A stretch of DNA of 64,000 nucleotides from Candidatus Eiseniibacteriota bacterium (GCA_963744995.1 CAVUWA010000002.1:992001-1056000), one strand, 5' to 3'; positions 42,055-53,929 are shown, counted from the stretch's first letter. The notes: a model not told the origin generated them from the letters alone. A program made the numbers and translations.

Positions 42055-43353
42055 ATGAACCGATCGGTACGTGATACGGGCACCTGGACGAAGACGATCG
42101 ACATCGAGATCCCGGCGGACGAGGTCGAGCGACGGCTCGACGACGTCGCTCGCGACATCCAGCGCCGGGCGAGCCTGCCCGGCTTCCGCAAGGGCCGCGT
42201 GCCGCTCGACATGGTGCGCCAGCAGTTCGCGCACACGGTGGAGCAGCAGTTCCTCGAGTCGTTCGTGCCGAAGTTCACCACCGAAGCCGTGGACGAGGCC
42301 AAGCTCGCCCCGGTCGTGCCACCGCTGGTGCGCAACCTGAAGTTCGTGCCCGGACAGCCGCTCACCTTCGAGGCGCAGGTCGAGGTTCGCCCGGAAGTCC
42401 AGGCGAAGGACTACCGGAAGCTGCCTGGCGTCCGGCGCACCCGGCCGATCACCGACACCGACCTCGAGAAGGTGCTGGACGGCCTGCGCGAGGAGTCGGC
42501 GGTGTTCGCCGATCTCGATCGTCCGGCGGGCCGCGGGGACGTCGTTCTGCTCGATTCGCAGCGGATCGACGCGAACGGCCGGCGCCTGGCCGGAACCCGC
42601 CTGAAGAGCCGCCGCATCCAACTGGGCGCCCCGGAAATGCTGCCGGAGCTCGAAAACGCCCTGCTGGGGGCCGAACCCGGCCAGGAGCGCACATTCGAGA
42701 TGAACTACCCCGCGGACTACGAAAACAAGGAGCTTGCGGGGCAGCGCATCCGCTATGTGGTGAAAATCCGGAAAATCCAGGAAAAGAAGCTGCGCGAACT
42801 GGACGATAACTTCGCCCGGGAGGTCTTCCATCTCGAATCGCTGGAAGAACTTCGATCGCGGGTCCGCGCCAACCTCGAGGACGAGGAACAGACGCGGATT
42901 CGTCGTGAGATCGAGACCTCGGTGTCGGAAGCGCTGATCGAACGCAATCCCATGGATCTGCCGGACCGGCTGATCCAGTGGACGCTCGACCGGGTGATCC
43001 ACGAGGCCACCGGCCACCGTGAGGTGCCGGAGTCGCTGCACAAGGACCTCGCGGAGCGGTATCGTCCCGGGGTGGAGCGGTCGCTCAAGCGTGAAGTGCT
43101 GCTGGCGGCGATTGCCCGCCAGGAGAATCTTGAAGTCGGTGACGAAGAGGTCGCATCGGAGATCGATCGGATGGCCCGGGCCGAGCCGCGTCAGGCGGCC
43201 CGCACCCGGGCGCGGTACCAGTCCGCCGAGGCGCGGCAGGGGCTCAAGGAGTCGCTGCTCGAACGCAAGGCGCTCGACTGGCTGATCGAGCAGGCCGAGG
43301 TGCGGGAAGAGGTGATTCAGCCGTCCCAGCTGGTCGTTCCGGCCGGGGGCTGA
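42055..43353 (+). CDS. tig: Trigger factor
   Basis: LPGFRKGRVP ribosome-binding motif, YP.DY....LAG, ELDDNFA; upstream of clpP. Confidence 0.93.
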   Translation: MNRSVRDTGTWTKTIDIEIPADEVERRLDDVARDIQRRASLPGFRKGRVPLDMVRQQFAHTVEQQFLESFVPKFTTEAVDEAKLAPVVPPLVRNLKFVPGQPLTFEAQVEVRPEVQAKDYRKLPGVRRTRPITDTDLEKVLDGLREESAVFADLDRPAGRGDVVLLDSQRIDANGRRLAGTRLKSRRIQLGAPEMLPELENALLGAEPGQERTFEMNYPADYENKELAGQRIRYVVKIRKIQEKKLRELDDNFAREVFHLESLEELRSRVRANLEDEEQTRIRREIETSVSEALIERNPMDLPDRLIQWTLDRVIHEATGHREVPESLHKDLAERYRPGVERSLKREVLLAAIARQENLEVGDEEVASEIDRMARAEPRQAARTRARYQSAEARQGLKESLLERKALDWLIEQAEVREEVIQPSQLVVPAGG

Positions 43354-43371
43354 TCAGGGAGGAGAACACGC

Positions 43372-43956
43372 ATGGGGCTGGTGCCCATCGTTGTGGAGCA
43401 GACGGGACGTGGTGAGCGTGCGTACGACATCTTCTCGCGCCTGCTCAAGGATCGCATCATCTTCATCGGGACGCCGATCGACGACCAGGTCGCCAATCTG
43501 GTCATCGCACAGATGATCTTCCTCGAAGGGGAGGATCCGGACCGCGACATCAACCTGTACATTCACAGCCCGGGCGGCGTGGTCAGCGCCGGGCTTGCGA
43601 TCTATGACACGATGCAGTTCGTGAAGCCCGACGTGGCGACGCTGTGCATGGGCCAGGCGGCCAGCATGGCGGCCGTGCTCATGGCGGGCGGCGCGAACGG
43701 CAAGCGATCGGCCCTGCCGAATTCGCGTATCATGATCCATCAGCCGCTGGGCGGGACCCAGGGGCAGGTGACCGACATCGAGATCTACACCAAGGAAATC
43801 ATGAAGACGAAGCAGCGCCTGAACGCGATTCTGGCGAAGCATACAGGGCGTACACTGGACGAACTCGAGAAGGACACGGACCGGGATCATTTCATGTCGG
43901 CCGACGAAGCCAAGGGCTACGGCCTCATCGACGAGATCCTCGAAAAGCGGCCCTGA
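43372..43956 (+). CDS. clpP: ATP-dependent Clp protease proteolytic subunit
   Basis: [39 protein letters not shown]. Confidence 0.98.
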   Translation: MGLVPIVVEQTGRGERAYDIFSRLLKDRIIFIGTPIDDQVANLVIAQMIFLEGEDPDRDINLYIHSPGGVVSAGLAIYDTMQFVKPDVATLCMGQAASMAAVLMAGGANGKRSALPNSRIMIHQPLGGTQGQVTDIEIYTKEIMKTKQRLNAILAKHTGRTLDELEKDTDRDHFMSADEAKGYGLIDEILEKRP

Positions 43957-43996
43957 GCGGCCCGCCGCCTTTTCCACCCGCGACGACGGAAGGACC

Positions 43997-45256
<1,260 letters not shown>

Positions 45257-45446
45257 AGCCGCGGCGGATGGCGCCGGCGTGCCCGCGAGCGGGTCCGGCG
45301 CCGTCTCCTGCGGCCCAGGCCGCCAGCAGCAAACGCCCGCGGGCGCGGCGCACCGGTAGAGGGTCCGGGCGCGGCGCCCGGCGGCTCGTTCTGCCCAGTG
45401 TTCGGTCCGTCGCCGCGATACCGTCTGGAACCCTCCGGAGAACCAC

Positions 45447-47924
45447 GTGCCCGCCTCTCCCAAACGCCGCACCCGCAGGAAAGACGAGACCGCGCCGGTC
45501 CCCGCACGGCGCAGCCAGAAGCTGATCGTCACCCGCGGCGACGAAACCTTCGAATTTCAGGACCGCCTGCCGCTGCTGCCGCTGCGCGACGTGGTGGTCT
45601 TCCCGTACATGACGATTCCGCTGCTCGTGGGCCGGTTGCCCTCGATCAACGCGATCGAGAAGGCGGTCGCGCGAGACCGCATGCTGTTCGTCACCGCGCA
45701 GAAGCGCAGCGAGGTCGCCGACCCGTCGCACGACGAGCTGTATCGCGTCGGCACGGTGGTGCGCGTGCTGCAGCTGTTCCGCCTGCCCGACGGCACGATG
45801 CGCGTGCTGGTCGAGGGCATCAGCCGCTGCCGTGTCGAGCGGTTCTTCTGGTCGACCGACTACTACATGGTCAAGGTCGGCGTGATGCCGGACTCGATAG
45901 GGCCGAGCACCGAGTCCGAGGCGCTCATGCGCCACGTGCTCGCGCTGTTCAACGACTACGTGCACCTGAATCGCCGCATCCCGGACGAGGTGCTGGTCAC
46001 CGCGAACAACATCACCGACCCGTCGTCGCTCGCGCATACGGTCGCGGCGCATCTGCTGGTCAAGGTGCCGCAGAAGCAGCAGCTGCTCGAAGTGCCCGAC
46101 GCGGTGGAGCAGTTGCGGCTGCTCGGCGAGACCCTGGCCGGCGAGCTCGAGATCGTGAAGCTCGAGCGCAAGATCGAAGGCCAGGTCCGTTCGCAGGTGC
46201 ACCGGAACCAGAAGGAGTTCTATCTCAACGAGCAGCTGAAGGCGATCAAGAAGGAGCTTGGACACCAGAACGAGTTCTCGAACGAACTCGAGGAAATGGC
46301 CGAGGCGATCCGCAAGGCGAAGATGCCGAAGGAAGTCGCCACGCGCGCCGAGAAGGAGCTCGACCGGCTCGCGAGGATGAGCTTCATGTCGCCCGAGGCG
46401 ACGGTCGTGCGCAACTACCTCGACTGGCTGGTGTCGCTGCCGTGGGCGCGCTCGACCAAGGACAAGGACTCGATCGAGGACGTCGAACGGATCCTCGACG
46501 AGGATCACTTCGGCCTGCGCAAGGTGAAGGAGCGCATCGTCGAGTACCTCGCGGTCCTCAAGCTCACGAAGAAGATCCGCGGCCCGATTCTGTGCTTCGT
46601 CGGCCCGCCCGGCGTCGGCAAGACCTCGCTCGGCCGCTCGATCGCGCGTGCGCTGGGCCGCCGCTTCGTGCGCGTCGCCCTGGGCGGCGTGCGTGACGAG
46701 GCGGAGATCCGCGGTCACCGCCGCACCTACATCGGCTCGCTGCCGGGGCGTGTGGTTCAGAGCATGCGCCGCGCCGGCAGCCGCAATCCGGTATTCCTGC
46801 TCGACGAGGTGGACAAGCTCGGCAGCGACTTCCGCGGCGACCCCGCGGCGGCGTTGCTCGAGGTGCTGGACCCCGAGCAGAACCACACCTTCAACGACCA
46901 CTATCTGGAGGTCGATTTCGACCTCTCGAAGGTCATGTTCATCTGCACGGCGAACTCGCTGTACAACATTCCGCCGGCGCTCGCCGACCGCATGGAGATC
47001 ATCCGCCTGCCGGGCTACCTGGAAGGGGAGAAGATCCAGATCGCGCGGCGCTTCCTGCTGCCGAAGCAGATCAAGGCGGCGGGGCTCGCCGAGGGCGACA
47101 TCAAGATCGGCGTCCCGGCGTTGCAGGCGCTGGTGCAGCGCTACACCCGCGAGTCCGGCGTGCGCAGCCTCGAGCGCGAAATCGCCGGGCTGTGCCGCAA
47201 GGTCGCGAAGCGCAAGGCGGCCGGACAGCTGAAGCGCGGCGCCGTGATCACCCCGGCCGGTCTGCACAAGTACCTCGGCCCGCCGCGCTTCCTCGACACC
47301 GTCGTCGAGCGCATCGCGCGCATCGGCGTCGCCAACGGTCTCGCGTGGACGGAGACCGGCGGCGACCTGCTGACGATCGAGGTCAGCATCCTGCCCGGCA
47401 AGGGCGAGCTGCTGCTCACCGGCAAGCTCGGCGAAGTGATGCGCGAATCCGGCCAGGCCGCGCTCTCGTACATCCGCCAGCGCGCCGAGAAGCTGGGGCT
47501 CGACAAGTGGTTCTACCGCGACATCGACATCCACGTGCACGTGCCGGAGGGCGCGATGCCGAAGGACGGCCCTTCGGCGGGAATCACCATGGCTACGGCG
47601 ATGGTGAGTGCGCTCACCGGCGTGCCGACGCGGGCGGATACGGCGATGACCGGCGAGATCACGTTGCGCGGCACCGTGATGCCGATCGGCGGCCTCAACG
47701 AGAAGACCGTGGCGGCGCGCCGGGCGGGCCTGACGACCGTGATCGTGCCGCGCGGCAACGAGAAGGATCTGGCGGAACTGCCGCAGGAGGTGCGCCAGTC
47801 GCTCAAGATCATCCCGGTCGACAACATGGATCAGGTGCTGGAACATGCACTCGATCGGGCCACACCCCGCCCCGGCGCGCGGGAGGGCGGCGACGAGGAC
47901 CAGGCCGCGCACTATGCCCACTAG
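45447..47924 (+). CDS. lon: Lon protease
   Basis: LPLLPLRDVVVFP, GPPGVGKTS, GHRRTYIG, LLDEVDK, PKDGPSAG, GGLNEK. Confidence 0.97.
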   Translation: MPASPKRRTRRKDETAPVPARRSQKLIVTRGDETFEFQDRLPLLPLRDVVVFPYMTIPLLVGRLPSINAIEKAVARDRMLFVTAQKRSEVADPSHDELYRVGTVVRVLQLFRLPDGTMRVLVEGISRCRVERFFWSTDYYMVKVGVMPDSIGPSTESEALMRHVLALFNDYVHLNRRIPDEVLVTANNITDPSSLAHTVAAHLLVKVPQKQQLLEVPDAVEQLRLLGETLAGELEIVKLERKIEGQVRSQVHRNQKEFYLNEQLKAIKKELGHQNEFSNELEEMAEAIRKAKMPKEVATRAEKELDRLARMSFMSPEATVVRNYLDWLVSLPWARSTKDKDSIEDVERILDEDHFGLRKVKERIVEYLAVLKLTKKIRGPILCFVGPPGVGKTSLGRSIARALGRRFVRVALGGVRDEAEIRGHRRTYIGSLPGRVVQSMRRAGSRNPVFLLDEVDKLGSDFRGDPAAALLEVLDPEQNHTFNDHYLEVDFDLSKVMFICTANSLYNIPPALADRMEIIRLPGYLEGEKIQIARRFLLPKQIKAAGLAEGDIKIGVPALQALVQRYTRESGVRSLEREIAGLCRKVAKRKAAGQLKRGAVITPAGLHKYLGPPRFLDTVVERIARIGVANGLAWTETGGDLLTIEVSILPGKGELLLTGKLGEVMRESGQAALSYIRQRAEKLGLDKWFYRDIDIHVHVPEGAMPKDGPSAGITMATAMVSALTGVPTRADTAMTGEITLRGTVMPIGGLNEKTVAARRAGLTTVIVPRGNEKDLAELPQEVRQSLKIIPVDNMDQVLEHALDRATPRPGAREGGDEDQAAHYAH

Positions 47925-48070
47925 GCAGGCTGCGTTCGTTGAACCGGAACGAAGACGGCGGGAAAACGGAGGCGCGACGTGTCCGCGGGACGCGACGCCG
48001 CGAACCGTGACCGTTCGGCACTCGTGACGGAGCTCAGCGGCGCAGGCTGCATGCGAGGAGTCCAGTTTCC

Positions 48071-49240
48071 ATGTCCGTCACGACGTCGGTTCCCTCCACG
48101 ATGAAGACCGCCACCCGCACCCGCCTGTTCACGCCGGGCCCCGTGGAGATTCCTTTCCGCGTCCTGCGCGCGCTCACGCAGATTCCCCCGCATCACCGCA
48201 CCGACGCCTTCCGGGAGCAGTTCAAGCGCGTGACCGAGGGCCTGCGCCAGCTGCACGGCACCAGGGGCGAGGTGTTCATCCTGGCCTCGTCCGGCACCGG
48301 CGCCATGCAGGCGACCGTGACCAACATCATGGCGCCCGGCGAAAAGGCGCTCGCGATCGTCGGCGGCAAGTTCGGCGAGCGCTGGGCGAAGCTGCTGACC
48401 GCCTTCGACGTGCCGAACGAGGTGATCGAGGTCGAGTGGGGCACGAGCCTCGATCCCGCCGACATCGCGAAGAAGCTGGAGGCCGACAAGAACATCACCA
48501 CGGTCTACACGACCTACAGCGAGACCTCGACCGGCACCCTCTACGACATCAAAGGGTTCTCCGAAGTCACCCGCAAGCACGGCCGGCGACTCGTGGTGGA
48601 CGCGATCACCGGCCTCGGCGTGCACGAGCTGCCGCAGGACGAGTGGGGGATCGACGTCGTCGTGTGCGGCTCGCAGAAGGGCCTGATGGTGCCGCCCGGC
48701 CTCGCGACGGTGAGTCTGGCGCCCTGGGCCAGGGACTACATCGAAGGGAAGAAGCTGCCGCGCTACTACTTCGACCTGCAGATGGCGCGCAAGATGGCGC
48801 CGAATGGCGAGACGCCCTTCACGCCCGCGGTGACTCTGGTGATCGCGATGGAGGAAGCGCTCAAGATGATCGAAGAGGAGGGCCTGCCGAACGTCATCGA
48901 GCGCCATCGCCGTCTCGCCAACGCGATGCGGGCCGGTGCCGAGGCCGTGGATTTCAAGCTGTTCTCGAAGAGCCCGGCCAACTCGGTGACGGCACTTTAT
49001 CCGCCCGACGGCGTCAGCGCGGCCGACGTGGTGAAGCGTCTGCGCGACATGCACGGCATGATCGTCGCAGGCGGCCAGGGCCACCTGAAGGGCAAGATCC
49101 TGCGCGTCGGCCACATGGGCGCCTACGACCTGTTCGACATCGTGTCGGTCTCGACGGCGCTGGAGGAGTGTGCGAACACCTTCGGGCATCCGGGCAGGGG
49201 CGCAGCCGGTGAGGCGCGGCGGTCATGGGACGAGGTATGA
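48071..49240 (+). CDS. Class V PLP aminotransferase (serine-pyruvate/phosphoserine aminotransferase-like)
   Basis: FTPGP, HHR, SSGTGAM, SETSTG, VDAIT, GSQKGLM.PPGL, TPFTP, RVGHMG. Confidence 0.9.
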   Translation: MSVTTSVPSTMKTATRTRLFTPGPVEIPFRVLRALTQIPPHHRTDAFREQFKRVTEGLRQLHGTRGEVFILASSGTGAMQATVTNIMAPGEKALAIVGGKFGERWAKLLTAFDVPNEVIEVEWGTSLDPADIAKKLEADKNITTVYTTYSETSTGTLYDIKGFSEVTRKHGRRLVVDAITGLGVHELPQDEWGIDVVVCGSQKGLMVPPGLATVSLAPWARDYIEGKKLPRYYFDLQMARKMAPNGETPFTPAVTLVIAMEEALKMIEEEGLPNVIERHRRLANAMRAGAEAVDFKLFSKSPANSVTALYPPDGVSAADVVKRLRDMHGMIVAGGQGHLKGKILRVGHMGAYDLFDIVSVSTALEECANTFGHPGRGAAGEARRSWDEV

Positions 49241-50163
49241 AGGTCCTGGTCTCCGACCCGCTCGATCCAGAAGCCGTTGAGCGCGTCCGCGCCGCCGGAC
49301 ACGAAGTCGTCGAGAAGACCGGCCTCAAAGGTCCGGAGCTCGTCGCCGCACTCGACGGCGTCCAGGGCCTGATGATCCGCGGTGCGACCAAGGTGACGGC
49401 GGAAGTCCTGCGCGGAGCGCCCTCTCTGAAAGTCGTCGTGCGCGCCGGCACCGGATTGGACAACGTGGACCGCGCCGCCGCGGCGGAATGCGGCGTCGAG
49501 GTGCGCAACACGCCTGCGGCGAACGCCGTGTCGGTCGCCGAACTCGCATTCGGCATGATGCTGGCGTTCGAGCGGCATCTCGTTCCCGCCACGCACGACA
49601 CACGCGCCGGGCGCTGGGAGAAGAAGAAGTACAAGGGCCGCGAGCTGGCAGGCCGCACGCTGGGCCTCGTCGGCTTCGGCCGCATCGGCCGGGAGACCGC
49701 GCTGCGCGCCCGGGTATTCGGGATGCAGGTCATCGCCTGCGATCCGTTGATCGAGCACTGGCCCGCCGGTTTCGAGTGGGTGAAGCGCGCCACCCTGGAA
49801 GAGATGCTGCCGACCCTGGATTATCTCTCGCTGCACGTGCCGCTCACGGATTCGACCCGCAACATGATCGGCGCGAAGGCGCTCGCGCTGATGAAGCCCG
49901 ACGCCATGCTCGTCAATTGCTCGCGTGGCGGCACCGTCGACGAAGACGCGCTCTACGAAGCGCTGAAAGCCGGCAGGCTGCGCGGCGCGGCGCTCGACGT
50001 CTTCGCGACCGAGCCACCCGGCAATCACAGGCTGTTCGAGCTCGACAACGTGATCGCGACGCCGCACATCGGGGCGTCGACCGACGCGGCACAGAATCGC
50101 GCCGGGACCGAAGCCGCGGACATTCTCAACGAAGTGCTGGCGCGGGCGGGGGCGCAGGCGTAG
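49237..50163 (+). CDS. serA: D-3-phosphoglycerate dehydrogenase-like (no ACT domain)
   Basis: RAGTGLDNVD, NTP.ANAVSVAE, GFGRIG, SLHVP, NCSRGG, ALDVF..EP, TPHIGAST; ATGA overlap. Confidence 0.8.
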   Translation: MKVLVSDPLDPEAVERVRAAGHEVVEKTGLKGPELVAALDGVQGLMIRGATKVTAEVLRGAPSLKVVVRAGTGLDNVDRAAAAECGVEVRNTPAANAVSVAELAFGMMLAFERHLVPATHDTRAGRWEKKKYKGRELAGRTLGLVGFGRIGRETALRARVFGMQVIACDPLIEHWPAGFEWVKRATLEEMLPTLDYLSLHVPLTDSTRNMIGAKALALMKPDAMLVNCSRGGTVDEDALYEALKAGRLRGAALDVFATEPPGNHRLFELDNVIATPHIGASTDAAQNRAGTEAADILNEVLARAGAQA

Positions 50164-50225
50164 CGAAGCAGGGACCGGGCGGACGCGATGGAGCGCCAGC
50201 TCCATCGGGAACACGGGGGCCACAT

Positions 50226-51155
50226 TTGCGCCGCGTATCGTTCCGCAGGCGATTGCTGGTTGCGGCGATCGCCAGCGTGTTTCCGCTGAGTCTCCCGATA
50301 TCGGCCTCGCCCGCTACGGATGACCGAGAGAGCCTCGTCGAGCTACTGGCCAGCCACCCTCTCGTCGTCGTCGGGCGGCTCGTACACGTCGCCCCCTCCA
50401 GGATGTGGCCCGTTGGCGATGGTTGTGGCATCAGCGGGCTCATGCCCGTTCGTGTAACCCCTCTGCAGATCCGTGTGGAAGAGGTCTTGGAGGGCGTGGC
50501 GGAAGACACGCTGATCTCCGTCGGGGCAGAAGGCGCGAAGCGCAGGTTCCCGCCAGGTCGCCTGGTTCCAGGCGCTCGAGTGATGTTCTACGGATTTCGC
50601 ACGTGCGAGGACTCCTGGCGCACCTATGGTGATGTGGTGCTGATAGGGCCGGACGACGCCATCCAGTCAGGCAACGACGACCGGGACATCTTCCGACCGA
50701 ATGGGCCAGAGTCGCATGCGTATCTCTACGCGCTTCGCGTCGACCTGGAAGCGTTAAATCGCCAGACCGGAACCTGGCCCTTTAGAGATGTCGAAGCCAT
50801 CGCGCTCGTCCGGGTCGACTCGAGGGAGACGACAGGCAGGACCCTGTCTCTCACGTGCGACAGCCTGTCATGGGCGTTGGGGCAAGCCTCCAGAGTGCCA
50901 AGGAGGCTGGATCGAAAGGCGCCGTCGAAGCTGCGCTGCGAAACGTCCATCAGCCCGGGAGACACTCTGCTCGTGCCGGTGCCGCGCGGATTTTCCGGAG
51001 GTCCCATGGATATCGCACCCTGCCTCCGCGGCCTCAAGGTCGAGCACGGTTTCGTGCCGGAGCTGGGGGTCTATCTCCACGAGCTCGACCGGGCCTTTGT
51101 CCAGGGACCGGGCGGATTTTCGCTCCGTCGGTTCCTGAAACACCGGGCCAGGTGA
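50226..51155 (+). CDS. Hypothetical exported protein
   Basis: Basic then hydrophobic N-terminus; two similar beta modules; codon usage less GC-biased than neighbours; start uncertain. Confidence 0.55.
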   Translation: MRRVSFRRRLLVAAIASVFPLSLPISASPATDDRESLVELLASHPLVVVGRLVHVAPSRMWPVGDGCGISGLMPVRVTPLQIRVEEVLEGVAEDTLISVGAEGAKRRFPPGRLVPGARVMFYGFRTCEDSWRTYGDVVLIGPDDAIQSGNDDRDIFRPNGPESHAYLYALRVDLEALNRQTGTWPFRDVEAIALVRVDSRETTGRTLSLTCDSLSWALGQASRVPRRLDRKAPSKLRCETSISPGDTLLVPVPRGFSGGPMDIAPCLRGLKVEHGFVPELGVYLHELDRAFVQGPGGFSLRRFLKHRAR

Positions 51156-51164
51156 CCGGGGTGC

Positions 51165-52379
51165 TCATGTCGGCCAGTGAGGCGCTGCGGGTTCGGCTGC
51201 GCTCCGGCGCGCGCGCTCGCGGATCTCGTGCATGAATCCTTCGCCGAAGGCCTGCCCGGCTTCGTATTGATTGTGCGTGCGGCAGAGCAGTCTGAGATTC
51301 GCGAGCGTGGGCGCACCGCCTTTCGCGACCGGAATCACGTGATCGATTTCGAGCGCTTCGCGTGACTCGCAGCGATGGCCGGTGTCGCTCACGAACGTGC
51401 AGCGGCCGCCGTCGCGGGCCAGGACCTGGCGTTTGAGCCCGGCGGGAACATGGCGGGGATTGCGTGCGACGGGCCTGCCGGCCGGGCGGGCCTTCTGTGC
51501 CCGCGGCCGAGCCGGCGCGGCGAACTTCTGCTTTTCGAGCTTTGCGACCAACTCGCGCAGCGCGCGCCGGAAGACTTCGGTGATCTCTCCCGGAGCCACG
51601 GCGCGCCCCAGCAGCTGCTGCGCCCGGGTCAGGTCGTCGTGCATGGCCTGATCCATCGTGAACTGCACCGCGTAGCGCTCGGGGGCCAGCGGCGCGACGC
51701 GCGGCCGGGGCGTCGCAGGCGCTTCGAAAATCCGTCCCGGGACGGATTTCGCAGCCGTCGCGCCGGCCGTCACCGGGACCGGATCCTGTTGCGGCGCAAC
51801 GCACGTGCCGGCCGCTTCGCCTGGAGTTCCGGGATTCATCGGAGCAGCACTCGAGCCCCCGGACGGCAACGCAGACAGGGCCATCGAGTGCGTCGAAATC
51901 CGTCCCGGGACGGATTGGGCCGTCACGACGACCGCTCCCGGTGCGAACGGCTGCACCCGTTCCGGCACGTCGCCCTGCGGGAAGCGCTCCGCCAGGAGTT
52001 GCTCGATCTCACGTTTGGTCCGATGCGTGGCGGCGGCCAGCAACTCCCGGGCGTTCTCATGGACGAGGTGCGGGGCCAGCAGGCACACGCCGCTCAGGTG
52101 CAGCCGGCCGTCGGCGACCATCTCGAGGATCTGCGGGAAGCGCCGGGCCATGCGCACCACCCGGATGCGCTTGCCGGCCTCGTCTTCCGAGAGCCGGAGC
52201 GCACCGACGCAGTACGCGTGCATGGACGGATAACCCTCGGCTGCGTAGAGCCGGCGGCGCAGCACTTCGGCGAGGCACAGGATCAGCTCGGCCGTCGCCT
52301 CGCGCTCGCGGGCGAGGACTTCGGTGAGATGGGCGAGCAGGGCGCGGGGACTCAGATGCATCAACGAACGCACGCGCAT
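51165..52379 (-). CDS. HNH endonuclease with DUF222-like N-terminal domain
   Basis: R.LYAAEGYPSMHAYC...L.LSEDEA..RI; C-terminal RDGGRCTF...C...LEIDHVIPVAKGG...NLRLLCRTHN. Confidence 0.88.
   Translation of the reverse strand: MRVRSLMHLSPRALLAHLTEVLAREREATAELILCLAEVLRRRLYAAEGYPSMHAYCVGALRLSEDEAGKRIRVVRMARRFPQILEMVADGRLHLSGVCLLAPHLVHENARELLAAATHRTKREIEQLLAERFPQGDVPERVQPFAPGAVVVTAQSVPGRISTHSMALSALPSGGSSAAPMNPGTPGEAAGTCVAPQQDPVPVTAGATAAKSVPGRIFEAPATPRPRVAPLAPERYAVQFTMDQAMHDDLTRAQQLLGRAVAPGEITEVFRRALRELVAKLEKQKFAAPARPRAQKARPAGRPVARNPRHVPAGLKRQVLARDGGRCTFVSDTGHRCESREALEIDHVIPVAKGGAPTLANLRLLCRTHNQYEAGQAFGEGFMHEIRERARRSAAEPAAPHWPT
51728..51916. repeat. Two copies of a perfect palindrome inside the HNH gene
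   Basis: AAATCCGTCCCGGGACGGATTT (51728-51749) and AATCCGTCCCGGGACGGATT (51897-51916); a degenerate copy lies near 51771-51786. Confidence 0.9.
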
Positions 52380-52732
52380 CGGACTTCACTCCGCGGGGGC
52401 GGATCGCGCGGGAGCGCATGCCTTTCATAGCACACCGGTTTTCGATGCCCGCAGATCCACGCAGCGCGCCGATCGCGGCCGGCTGTCGCACGAAATTCGC
52501 TTTGCGAAGCGCTGCGCCCGCAGCCCGCGTCCCGCGCGCGATGGCGGCCGGTTCCGAAGGCCGCATCGGACCTCGCCCGACTGCGCCCCTCGGCCCCGTC
52601 AAGAAGAAAATCACCCGGCGCGGCGGGGAATCGATGCCCCCAAATCAGAAGGCGCTGTTCGCTTCCTGGCCCCCGGACGTATGGACCTTCGAACGGGCCG
52701 CACGCGTCCGGATTCTCCTGCCGGAGTTCGTC

Positions 52733-53893
52733 ATGCAACCATCTCGCACCGCACTGTTCGCCGCCGCCGTTCTGTTGCTGTCCACGAGCCCCGCGGCCGC
52801 CGTCACCACCGACGGCCAGCTCGACGCCGCCTACGGAACGGCGCGGGTCACGCAGACCACCCAGACCGGGCTCTCCGGCGGCCAGATCGCCGGCGACAGC
52901 AACCTGGGCGACCTCGAGTACGCGAACGGCTCGGAGCTGGACGCCGCCTATGCCGTGATCGACAACGGGGTTCTGCACCTGCTGCTGGCGGGCAATCTGG
53001 CGCAGGTGCTGAACCAGAATCACAACGGGCTGAACGGGCATGTGCTGGATGTCTTCTTCGACACGGCAGCCGGCGGGCAGAACGTGCTCAACGGCCTCGG
53101 GATGGGCAACCCGCTCAACGGCTTCACGTTCGACGCGGGGTTCGAGGCCGACTTCATGTTCGAGCTCACCGGCGAGTACGCCGGCGGCCCGATCCTCTGG
53201 TCCGCCTGGCAGGCGGCGCTGCCGGATGGCGGTGGCAACGCGCCCACGCTGCTCGGCTCCGGCTACGCCGGAAACGGCGCGCTCAGCGGCGGCACCAATC
53301 CGTACGGTGTCCAGGCGACGATCGACAACACCAACACGGGAGGCGTCGACTTCGGCTGCGACGCGGCCTCCGGCGCCGGCGTCACCACCGGCATCGAGTG
53401 GGCCATCCCGCTCGCGGCGATCGGCAGCCCGGAGGGCTGCATCCGGGCCACGGTCATCGTGCGCAGCACGGCGACAGGGTCACCGGTCTCGAACCAGATG
53501 CTGGCGCCGGCGCCGCCCGGCACCTGCCCGCTGGGATCCGCTGCCTTCGTGAACCTCGCGAGCATCGCCGGCGACCAGTTCTTCACGATCTGCCCGGCGG
53601 CGACCGGCGTGTCGCCGCAGTCTCCTGCCGGCCTCGACCTGCGCCTGGCCGGCCCGAATCCGTCGCGTGGCGAAGCGCTGCGCTTCGCGTTCCGGAAGCC
53701 CGCAGGGACTGCGGCTACGCTGCGGCTGATCGACGGCGCAGGACGCATCGTGCGGCGCCGCGAAATCGGAAGCAGCGCGGCCGCCGGCATCGTGGATCTC
53801 TCGAACGGCGCGCGGGTCACGCCCGGCGTGTACTGGGCGCAGCTGTCGCTCGGTGGGGCGCAGGCCGTGCGCAGGCTGTGCGTCGTGAACTAG
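52733..53893 (+). CDS. Secreted DOMON/CBM9-like protein with FlgD-Ig/T9SS-like CTD
   Basis: Signal peptide; DGQLDAAYG, GSELDAAY, FDAGFEADF, TGIEWAIPLAAIG; tail GPNPSRG...IDGAGRIVRR...PGVYWAQL. Confidence 0.78.
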   Translation: MQPSRTALFAAAVLLLSTSPAAAVTTDGQLDAAYGTARVTQTTQTGLSGGQIAGDSNLGDLEYANGSELDAAYAVIDNGVLHLLLAGNLAQVLNQNHNGLNGHVLDVFFDTAAGGQNVLNGLGMGNPLNGFTFDAGFEADFMFELTGEYAGGPILWSAWQAALPDGGGNAPTLLGSGYAGNGALSGGTNPYGVQATIDNTNTGGVDFGCDAASGAGVTTGIEWAIPLAAIGSPEGCIRATVIVRSTATGSPVSNQMLAPAPPGTCPLGSAAFVNLASIAGDQFFTICPAATGVSPQSPAGLDLRLAGPNPSRGEALRFAFRKPAGTAATLRLIDGAGRIVRRREIGSSAAAGIVDLSNGARVTPGVYWAQLSLGGAQAVRRLCVVN

Positions 53894-53929
53894 ACGCACC
53901 CGCGGCCCCGCGGCGCGCCGCCGCACCCA

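Noticed and set aside
47925..48070. Possible riboswitch upstream of the aminotransferase
   Set aside because: GC-rich hairpins are present but no recognisable glycine, SAM or other aptamer consensus.
51165..52379. HNH gene as IscB/Cas9 or group II intron protein
   Set aside because: No RuvC split motifs, no PLMP N-terminus and no reverse transcriptase motifs.
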